Below are positions 57,025 through 64,000 of a stretch of DNA of 64,000 nt, in pieces. A model generated the notes under the pieces. It was not told the DNA's origin. It searched no databases and worked only from the letters and a program-made list of their open reading frames with translations. The position numbers and the translations under genes are program-made. The stretch's first letter is position 1. Each line of letters opens with the position of its first letter. The stretch is from an uncultured Spirochaetota bacterium (lineage in GTDB: Bacteria; Spirochaetota; Brevinematia; Brevinematales; JAOACQ01), in contig CAVYGN010000001.1 in NCBI GenBank assembly GCA_963768055.1, positions 1,184,001 through 1,248,000 of the forward strand, given 5' to 3'.

Positions 57025-57609
57025 CTACGCTATATTGTCAGTCGCAGAATCATCCATTCTGAAGTGGAATTTATAATTTATTTCCTTATCGCCTTTTTCG
57101 ATGGTTTTGATTTTTTCATAAGTAATGGATTTTGCCCCGCAAAGCTCGAGTATTTTATTAAGATAACCCATTACGACATATTCAAAATGATAGTGGTTAA
57201 TAGGAACATTATACAGCCTTGCATCTACGCTTCCAGGTTCATACTTTACTTCAACATCTCCGGCGGTATAATACACTTTCCATAAAACCGGAAGCGCTTC
57301 CGTCACTACACGGCCTATCTCTCTATTTTTAATCAAATTCCTGTAAGGCCCATCTATTAAAGCATATTCCGCGGATTTTTCCCCCATTATCCAATATACT
57401 CTATTATCATTGTTATAAAATTTTTTTAATGAAAGATCGCTGAATAAAAGGAACTTATCAACGGGGATCAGGGTAAACGGCAGAATGTCGTTTTTAAAAT
57501 ACGGTTCCTTTTCGATTACCTCATTCATCAATTCTTTAAACTTCTCTTCCCCGAATTGTGAAATAATCATTTTTTTTCTTGCCACGAATGCCGTCCCCTT
57601 TACTTCCAT
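57025..57609 (-). CDS. Hypothetical protein, DUF2378/V4R-like fold
   Basis: MEVKGTAF.....I..QFGEE, MGEKSA, LWKVYY.AG, GYL..ILELCG; GGAGG RBS before ATG 57609. Confidence 0.6.
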   Translation of the reverse strand: MEVKGTAFVARKKMIISQFGEEKFKELMNEVIEKEPYFKNDILPFTLIPVDKFLLFSDLSLKKFYNNDNRVYWIMGEKSAEYALIDGPYRNLIKNREIGRVVTEALPVLWKVYYTAGDVEVKYEPGSVDARLYNVPINHYHFEYVVMGYLNKILELCGAKSITYEKIKTIEKGDKEINYKFHFRMDDSATDNIA

Positions 57610-57728
57610 AAAAACCTCCACATTATTTTTTGCGGATTAATATTGCTCATTATAATTAACCTTATATAAATAGCAATAATAAATATTTTTGTCAAATGAG
57701 AATTAAAAAAGCTTGCTTTTCCGGACGC

Positions 57729-58937
57729 TTATAACTGATAACCAAAGGAAACGCCGGCTGTAAAAGCCCCTCCGTAGGCTGTAGTTACAGGTATTAACCA
57801 TATTGAACCCGATGAGGGTTTAGCTGTTAAATCATAGCCGTAAAATGCGTAAGGCATAATTACAAAATTGGCTACTTTTATAGTAAATCCCCCCCCTATT
57901 TTTAATAAAAGAGGGCTGAATACATCAATTTGATCCTGGGTTAGCGTTACCGTTATGCCGTTTTCAGTTTCATTTAATAAAAAAACCTTTTCAAGCCCTA
58001 TTGCAGGCCAGAAACTGAAAACGCTCGAGCCTAAAGGCAATTTAAGGAATATGCTTAAATCAAGGAATGAATCAGCGACATTTGTAACTGTTATATTTGT
58101 AGTATTGCCTAAAAGTACAAAAGAAGCGCTGGGTTGACCGGAATTAATACCATAACCTGCGCTTACGTTCAAGTAAGTCAAATCTAAAAATGTGCTGATG
58201 TACATGCTCGGTTCGCTAAAAACAGCACTCCATGGCAAAGATAAAGGGCTGCCCAGGCTGCCTGATAACAAATCCAAATATGATATATACTTCAAATCCA
58301 AACCGAAGCTTATAATGCTCGAATGCTGCTCATTTGTTTTTACCGGTATGTTTGTTTCCGCTTTTTCCTCGCTCGGATGCTGCTCCTCAGTTTTTTCCGG
58401 AGCGTTTGTTTCTATTTTTCCTTCGCTCGAAGGCTGCTCATTTGTTTTTTCCGGAATGTTTGTTTCTATTTTTTCTTCATCAGAATAAGCCTCAAAACCG
58501 GCGTTTATATAAACACTGCCTTCATTATTCTCGAAACTGCCTCTTTCGCCGTTAGGAACAAAGATCACAAAATCATTTTTCTTTAATTCAACAGTTATAT
58601 ATTGGCCTTTCATGTTTTCTTCCGCTTTTTCAGGCGTTGATTCTTCCCCGTCGCTTCCCATCTGATAATCGAAAGATACCGGGTACCCGTTGTTTCCATT
58701 CCCCCAGACAATATCCCGGTTAATATAGACCAGAATTTTTGTTTTATAACCGGGCTTTTCACTCAATTTATAAGCCCCTCTGGTAAATTCGAATGTATAT
58801 GTGCCGGATTCTTCGGCAATATATTTTGTACCTGAGCTCATGTTTCCAGCTATTTGAATTTCTTTAGCGGCTCCAAAAGAAACCGCCGTAATAAAAAAGC
58901 AGAGGACCAACCCCGTTAAGGTTTTAATGCTCCACAT
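57729..58937 (-). CDS. Exported protein: N-terminal beta domain, 3x18-aa repeat linker, C-terminal outer-membrane beta-barrel
   Basis: Signal peptide (SFG-A), alternating amphipathic strands, terminal GVSFGYQL beta-signal-like end. Confidence 0.65.
   Translation of the reverse strand: MWSIKTLTGLVLCFFITAVSFGAAKEIQIAGNMSSGTKYIAEESGTYTFEFTRGAYKLSEKPGYKTKILVYINRDIVWGNGNNGYPVSFDYQMGSDGEESTPEKAEENMKGQYITVELKKNDFVIFVPNGERGSFENNEGSVYINAGFEAYSDEEKIETNIPEKTNEQPSSEGKIETNAPEKTEEQHPSEEKAETNIPVKTNEQHSSIISFGLDLKYISYLDLLSGSLGSPLSLPWSAVFSEPSMYISTFLDLTYLNVSAGYGINSGQPSASFVLLGNTTNITVTNVADSFLDLSIFLKLPLGSSVFSFWPAIGLEKVFLLNETENGITVTLTQDQIDVFSPLLLKIGGGFTIKVANFVIMPYAFYGYDLTAKPSSGSIWLIPVTTAYGGAFTAGVSFGYQL
58317..58478 (-). 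repeat. Three tandem 54-bp intragenic repeats
   Basis: Units start at 58317, 58371 and 58425; they encode EEKIETNIPEKTNEQPSS / EGKIETNAPEKTEEQHPS / EEKAETNIPVKTNEQHSS. Confidence 0.9.
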
Positions 58938-58982
58938 TTTTTTCTCCTAAAAATACCGGGATGAACACTTTTCCTTACCGAA

Positions 58983-59011
58983 ATTCTAATTCAGCGAATT
59001 TTTATTGTCAA
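58983..59011 (-). promoter_or_regulatory. Sigma70 promoter
   Basis: Minus strand TTGACA-17 nt-TAGAAT upstream of ATG 58937. Confidence 0.7.
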
Positions 59012-59059
59012 TATTATTATCCGGGGCAATAAAATATTATGCTCAAAGCAGATCGATCA

Positions 59060-59093
59060 TTACTGCCGACTGCCGGCTGCCGGCTATCGACTG
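59060..59093. repeat. Single-arm heptamer array D
   Basis: TTACTG CCGACTG CCGGCTG CCGGCTA TCGACTG, immediately downstream of the ttcA stop. Confidence 0.65.
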
Positions 59094-59098
59094 GGATA

Positions 59099-59893
59099 TT
59101 AAGGCCTTTTAAAAAGGCCCGAGGATTTCGGTGAAAAGAACCTGTCCAGGAGATAATCCGGCTTCGGGTTCCTGAAGGCTGCGAATATATTTTTAGAAAA
59201 TCCCGGGATCTTCGGTGAAAGTATCTTGATCATATCCCTCACTTTCTCCCTCCTGAGATCCCGGCGTATCATTTTTGAAGGGCAGACTTCTCCGAAAACA
59301 GGCAGAACTTCTTCCCTTCCGTATATGAAGCTTTCAAGCCTTGGTTTAGATATATAACAAAGGGGCCTGATCAGCGACATTTTGCCGCCGAAGATATCCA
59401 GCCTCGGAAGCATTGAAGAAAGCTCCCTGCCGTAGAACATATTCATAAGGCTGGTCTCCACGATATCGTCCATATGGTGGCCCAGGGCTATGGATGAGCA
59501 TTCATGACCCGAAGCGTATTTGATCAATTCGGTCCTTCTTTTCCGGGAACAAAGAAAGCATGTATCCCTCCGCCTGAAATTTTCATCGGTCAGTATTTTT
59601 ACCGCTGTAATCTTGATAATATCCATGGATAGCCCTGTTTTTTCCGCAACACAGGTCCTTAATTTTTCTATTCTCTCGTTATGAAGGGAATTTTCCCCGT
59701 TAAAGTTATCAACAAACACGGGAAAAAGTTTATATTTTATAGGGATACGGTCAAGCCGGGCATAGAGAAGGAGGAGCAGTGCAAGGCTGTCGATTCCGCC
59801 TGACAGCCCTATCACAATACGGTCGCCGTCCTTTATCATTTCATAATCGTTTATCGCGAGCCCCATCAGCTTTGAAAGATTTTTCTCGGTCAA
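59099..59893 (-). CDS. ttcA: tRNA 2-thiocytidine biosynthesis TtcA-family protein
   Basis: AINDYEMI, PP-loop SGGIDS, CFLCSRKRR, GHHMDD, IRPL, CP. Confidence 0.85.
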   Translation of the reverse strand: MTEKNLSKLMGLAINDYEMIKDGDRIVIGLSGGIDSLALLLLLYARLDRIPIKYKLFPVFVDNFNGENSLHNERIEKLRTCVAEKTGLSMDIIKITAVKILTDENFRRRDTCFLCSRKRRTELIKYASGHECSSIALGHHMDDIVETSLMNMFYGRELSSMLPRLDIFGGKMSLIRPLCYISKPRLESFIYGREEVLPVFGEVCPSKMIRRDLRREKVRDMIKILSPKIPGFSKNIFAAFRNPKPDYLLDRFFSPKSSGLFKRP

Positions 59894-60067
59894 TGAATAT
59901 GCCTCCGATTTTAAAGCTTATTATAACAAAATATTCAAAATATTTCTCATTATTGCCCTCGCGACAATCATTAAAGAAATGTTCTGGAATAACCGGCTTA
60001 ATTGTGTTATAATTTTATCACACTGCAAAGCTCACGCCTTCGCAGTGATCCATCAAGGAGAAATTAC

Positions 60068-60733
60068 TTGAAAGAATTCGACAGGCTTTATGACATAGTT
60101 AAAACTCTCAGGACCAAGTGCCCCTGGGACAGGGAACAGACTCCCCGGTCGGCGACCGCCGATCTTGTGGAAGAGGTCTATGAAACAATTGAAGCGATAG
60201 AACTTGATAAGCCGGCAGACGCCAGGGAAGAACTTGGCGATTTGATCTTCCTTGTACTTTTTATCGGCAGAATGTACGAGGAATCCGGATATTTTACCTT
60301 TATGGATATTCTTAACGAGATTTCAGAAAAGCTTATCAGGCGCCACCCGCATGTTTTCGGAGACAGGAAGGAGAAAAACATCGACGAGATCCTTGTAAAA
60401 TGGGAAGCGATAAAATCCTCCGAAAAGAAAAATTCACATAGAAAAACGCCTTTTGACGGAATTCCTAAAAAACTCCCTGAAATTCAAAGATTCGATAAAA
60501 TACTCGAAAAAGCCAGAAGGGTAGAGCTCGAGATTCCTGAAATTAAAGATAGTGAACTGGCCGGGACTTTAAGCTTCTTTATTGAGAATAAAAACGAGGA
60601 AAGTTTTTCGGAGTTTCTTGAGAAATTTTTAATATACTCTTTTCAAAAAAAATTTTCAATCCCGCCGCTGATAAGGAAAATAGGCCGGAAAACCGTTTCC
60701 AGATATAAAAAAATCGTCAAAATAATTAAGTAA
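60068..60733 (+). CDS. mazG: MazG nucleoside triphosphate pyrophosphohydrolase
   Basis: CPWDREQT, EEVYE, EELGDL, KLIRRHPHVF, WEAIK; TTG 60068 after AAGGAG; second MazG domain degenerate. Confidence 0.88.
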   Translation: MKEFDRLYDIVKTLRTKCPWDREQTPRSATADLVEEVYETIEAIELDKPADAREELGDLIFLVLFIGRMYEESGYFTFMDILNEISEKLIRRHPHVFGDRKEKNIDEILVKWEAIKSSEKKNSHRKTPFDGIPKKLPEIQRFDKILEKARRVELEIPEIKDSELAGTLSFFIENKNEESFSEFLEKFLIYSFQKKFSIPPLIRKIGRKTVSRYKKIVKIIK

Positions 60734-60813
60734 CAGAACTTTAATAACGATACTATATATATAAATAGGATTCCCCTTTGAGGGAGTCCGAATAAATTCC
60801 AAGGAGGGAATTT

Positions 60814-61119
60814 ATGATTGTTAACGGATTAAGCCCGGGTATAGCTATCAATGATACCGTGACGCCGGTACCCGACAGGGATCTTCTTCAAAAACAGGAG
60901 ATCGAACAGGAAATACGCATTGAAAGGCAGAAGCTTGAAAAAGACACTGCTGAAAAAAACCCGAAAAAGGATTCCAGCAGATCTTCTGAACCTGATATGA
61001 GCGAATATTACCTGAAAGAGCTTCTCTTTCTCATGAGTTCCAGGGGAAATACGGCAACGATAGAAAAATTAGCTCAGCTTCTTAAAAAAGAAAGGGATAC
61101 TTTGACTGGAGTTAAATGA
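60814..61119 (+). CDS. Hypothetical protein (101 aa)
   Basis: Strong RBS AAGGAGGG, clean ORF, no recognised motif. Confidence 0.7.
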   Translation: MIVNGLSPGIAINDTVTPVPDRDLLQKQEIEQEIRIERQKLEKDTAEKNPKKDSSRSSEPDMSEYYLKELLFLMSSRGNTATIEKLAQLLKKERDTLTGVK

Positions 61120-61238
61120 AAAGCCCGGAATTTGCCATATCGTAAACTTTTATTTGCAAAACCGCACTATCAAAAATTGTTTAATTTGAAAAAAAAGACG
61201 GCCTGTGCTATTATATTCGAACAATTAAGGAGTGCGGC

Positions 61239-62546
61239 ATGCCTGTCTGGAACCCTCAAATTGAATCCATGCCGAGAAGAGATTTAAAAGAACTTCAATT
61301 AGCCAAGCTTAAAAAACTCGCTGAATATGTTTACAAAAATGTACCTTTTTACAGAAAAAAATTCGATTCAATTAATTTCAAGCCCGATTCAATAAAAAAA
61401 CTTGATGATATAAAATATATTCCATTTACTTCGAAAGACGATCTGAGAGATAATTACCCCTTTCAGCTTTTCGCTACGCCCCTCCGCGATGTCGTCAGGA
61501 TCCATGCTTCAAGCGGCACGACAGGCAAACCCACCGTAGTGGGCTACACAAAAAAAGACCTCGAACTCTGGAGTGAATTAATGGCGCGTATACATACTGC
61601 CGGGGGAGTGACCAGGGACGATATTGCGCAAATTTCATTCGGATACGGACTTTTTACCGGAGGATTCGGGCATCATTACGGACTCGAAAAAATCGGAGCC
61701 ACTGTAATCCCTGCCTCAAGCGGAAACACGGAACGCCAGGTGCAGATCATGAAAGATTTCGGTACAACAGTACTGATCTGTACACCCTCATACGCCTTGC
61801 ATATCGCCGATGTAATGAATGAAATGGGTGTAGATCCGAAAACCGATCTCAAACTTAAATTCGGACTTTTCGGAGCCGAGCCATGGAGCGAGTCGATAAG
61901 GAGAGAGATCGAAAAAAAACTTAACGTAACGGCAACCGATAATTACGGCCTTTCGGAATTAATAGGCCCCGGAGTATCCGGAGAATGCCTTGAAAAAAAC
62001 GGGATGCATGTAAATGAAGATTCTTTCCTCGTTGAAATTATCGACCCGGAGACCGGGGAAAGCCTTAAAGACGGCGATAAGGGCGAATTAGTCATTACGC
62101 CCCTTGACAAGGAAGCCCTGCCCCTTCTGCGTTATCGAACAAAAGACCTTTCGATATTTTCTCCCGAACCCTGCCGCTGCGGCAGGACTACGGCCCGAAT
62201 TATGAAGATCCTGGGCCGGACCGACGATATGCTTATTATCCGCGGGATCAATGTTTTCCCTTCTCAGATCGAAGAAGCCCTCCTGGAAGTCGAGGGCATA
62301 GCGCCTCATTACCAGATAATTGTCGAAAGGCAGAAAAATATCGATACCCTTGAAGTCCATGTCGAAGTCACCGACAGATTGTTTTTTGATGAAATGAAAA
62401 AAATAGTCGAACTTGAAACCCGGATCGTCGACAGGTTATATACCGTACTGGGAATCAAGGTAAAGCTGAAATTAGTAGAGCCGAGGACCATAGAAAGAAG
62501 CATAGGCAAGGCCAGGCGGGTTATCGATAACAGGAAAATTTTTTAG
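61239..62546 (+). CDS. paaK: Phenylacetate-CoA ligase family protein
   Basis: [54 protein letters not shown]. Confidence 0.93.
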   Translation: MPVWNPQIESMPRRDLKELQLAKLKKLAEYVYKNVPFYRKKFDSINFKPDSIKKLDDIKYIPFTSKDDLRDNYPFQLFATPLRDVVRIHASSGTTGKPTVVGYTKKDLELWSELMARIHTAGGVTRDDIAQISFGYGLFTGGFGHHYGLEKIGATVIPASSGNTERQVQIMKDFGTTVLICTPSYALHIADVMNEMGVDPKTDLKLKFGLFGAEPWSESIRREIEKKLNVTATDNYGLSELIGPGVSGECLEKNGMHVNEDSFLVEIIDPETGESLKDGDKGELVITPLDKEALPLLRYRTKDLSIFSPEPCRCGRTTARIMKILGRTDDMLIIRGINVFPSQIEEALLEVEGIAPHYQIIVERQKNIDTLEVHVEVTDRLFFDEMKKIVELETRIVDRLYTVLGIKVKLKLVEPRTIERSIGKARRVIDNRKIF

Positions 62547-62568
62547 TGCCTTACAGCTAAAAGCACCG

Positions 62569-63336
62569 TTAATCGAATTCAATAATTTGCCCGTCAAAAG
62601 CCAGATTTATCCCTCCGGGCAGGGTAAGACTATCCCTTTCATGAAGAAAATGGTGGGTCAAATGAATCAGGTATGTTTTTTCAGGCTTAATAATTTCCGA
62701 AAGCCTGACAGCATCTTCGAGGTTAAAATGGGTCGGATGGGGCTCGCGTCTTAAAGCGTTTATTACAAGCTGCTTAACCCCATGAATTTTTTCTATGCTT
62801 TGCCCTGAAATAAAACTCGCATCGGTAATATAGGCCAGATTTCCGATCCTGTAGCCAAGGATCGGAATAACGCCATGCATGACAGGTATGGGAATTATTT
62901 CAAGTTCATTGATCTTGAAATCATTTTTTACATTAATGAGATTTATTCTAGGTTTTCCGCCGCCTTCCTGGGTTTTTTTGAAGATATAACCGAATCGTAT
63001 CTTTATCTCTTCCAAGGCCTCTTCATTGCCGAATATATCTATAATCCTTTTCATCAGGAAATTAAACTGACGGACTTCGTCCAGGCCGCCGATATGATCC
63101 TGGTGGGAATGAGTTATAAGGATCCCGTCAATCCATTCAATCCCATATTTAAGCGCCTGATACCTGAAATCAGGCCCTATGTCTATGAGTATTTTCGTCC
63201 CGGCGGCACTTACAAAATATGCGCTGCTCCTGAGCCTTTTATCTTTAGGGTCGGAAGACTTGCATATCTCGCATCTACAGCCCGGAACCGGAACCCCGCT
63301 CGAGGTTCCGGTCCCCAGAAAAGTCAGTTTATGCAT
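62569..63336 (-). CDS. MBL-fold metallo-hydrolase (PhnP-like)
   Basis: FLGTGTSSGVP..C.C..C, THSHQDH, HG, YITD, H..H, IHLTH. Confidence 0.92.
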   Translation of the reverse strand: MHKLTFLGTGTSSGVPVPGCRCEICKSSDPKDKRLRSSAYFVSAAGTKILIDIGPDFRYQALKYGIEWIDGILITHSHQDHIGGLDEVRQFNFLMKRIIDIFGNEEALEEIKIRFGYIFKKTQEGGGKPRINLINVKNDFKINELEIIPIPVMHGVIPILGYRIGNLAYITDASFISGQSIEKIHGVKQLVINALRREPHPTHFNLEDAVRLSEIIKPEKTYLIHLTHHFLHERDSLTLPGGINLAFDGQIIEFD

Positions 63337-63348
63337 ATCAATCCCTGC

Positions 63349-64000
63349 TCATTCATTGCCGGATGACTTTAATTTGCGAAGCCATTCCATTATCTTTTTC
63401 TCGAAACCGAGGGTGCCAGGTTCATAATAAGACACTTCATTTTCAGTGTATTTCTGGTCAATATAATGGTTTTCGAAATCATGGGGGTATTTATAACCTT
63501 CTGACCTGGCGGGACTTCTCAGATAATCGGGTACATTCATGATGTTTCCATTTTTTATATCTTCCTGCGCTTTATTCAGGGCCATATATGCGGTGTTGCT
63601 TTTCGGGACGCCGGCTAACAGAACGGTTGTAAATGCAAGCAATATCCTGCCCTCCGGCATGCCGATCCTCTCTATACCCTCGTAACAGCTTACCGCAGCG
63701 TTCAGGCCTTCCGGATAAGCGAGCCCTATATCTTCGGATGATAGAATTATCAGCCTCCTTGCAATAAAAAGGGGATCCTCCCCTCCCTCAAGCATGAGAG
63801 CAAGATAATACAGGGCGGCGTCGGCATCGCTTCCCCGGACGGATTTTATAAATGCCGAGATTACATCGTAATGGCCTTCTTTATCGGAATATTTTGTTTC
63901 AGCCGACTGGGTTATTTCAAAAATTTTATCTCGTGTGATCTTTATAATCTCCATATTTCCGCTTGAAAAGGCAGCCATTTCAAGAATGTTAAGGATCCTC
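63349..64000 (-). CDS. rarA: Replication-associated recombination protein A, 3' part; the 5' end is off the window
   Basis: Frame open to the window edge (RILNILE), HYDVISAFIKSVRGSD, GEDP.FIARR, SEDIGLA, PKSN, GYKYPHD. Confidence 0.95.
   Translation of the reverse strand, partial: RILNILEMAAFSSGNMEIIKITRDKIFEITQSAETKYSDKEGHYDVISAFIKSVRGSDADAALYYLALMLEGGEDPLFIARRLIILSSEDIGLAYPEGLNAAVSCYEGIERIGMPEGRILLAFTTVLLAGVPKSNTAYMALNKAQEDIKNGNIMNVPDYLRSPARSEGYKYPHDFENHYIDQKYTENEVSYYEPGTLGFEKKIMEWLRKLKSSGNE

Overview
A 64-kb, AT-rich chromosomal segment from a spirochaete. The phylum is inferred from a partial flaA flagellar-sheath gene and a Borrelia Hk2-like kinase; the lineage cannot be fixed from this window. 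It is gene-dense, and I found no rRNA, tRNA, CRISPR array, prophage or transposase. Main blocks: (1) flaA/panD/DUF1015 and rdgB-UDG. (2) A TetR-HlyD-ABC-TolC efflux operon. (3) TlpA plus a secreted ankyrin protein. (4) A nitrogen-assimilation region: a stand-alone class-II glutamine amidotransferase, a 1179-aa GlnE with two embedded GlnD-type ACT domains, a PAS kinase with a REC-GGDEF partner, glnA behind a clear sigma54 promoter, and a divergent GAF-GAF NifA-like activator. (5) DUF4921-AEC, then a degenerate Fe-ADH, a GAF-GAF-PP2C phosphatase and pgeF. (6) An acyltransferase-MFS pair. (7) A secreted thioredoxin-like/ankyrin/C39-like peptidase. (8) A complete V/A-ATPase operon in permuted order (K-F-E-x-A-B-D-x-G-C-I) carrying a CofE-like ligase and a universal stress protein. 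(9) Housekeeping genes (PHP, cca, aminotransferase, ttcA, mazG, paaK, MBL hydrolase, rarA). The most notable signals are the GlnE-ACT/sigma54/dual-GAF nitrogen circuit, the V-ATPase passenger genes, a dispersed family of inverted heptamer arrays, a Thr-Asn dipeptide enrichment in several exported proteins (possible modification sequon), and several pseudo-enzymes. All family assignments come from reading motifs by eye; no database search was run.
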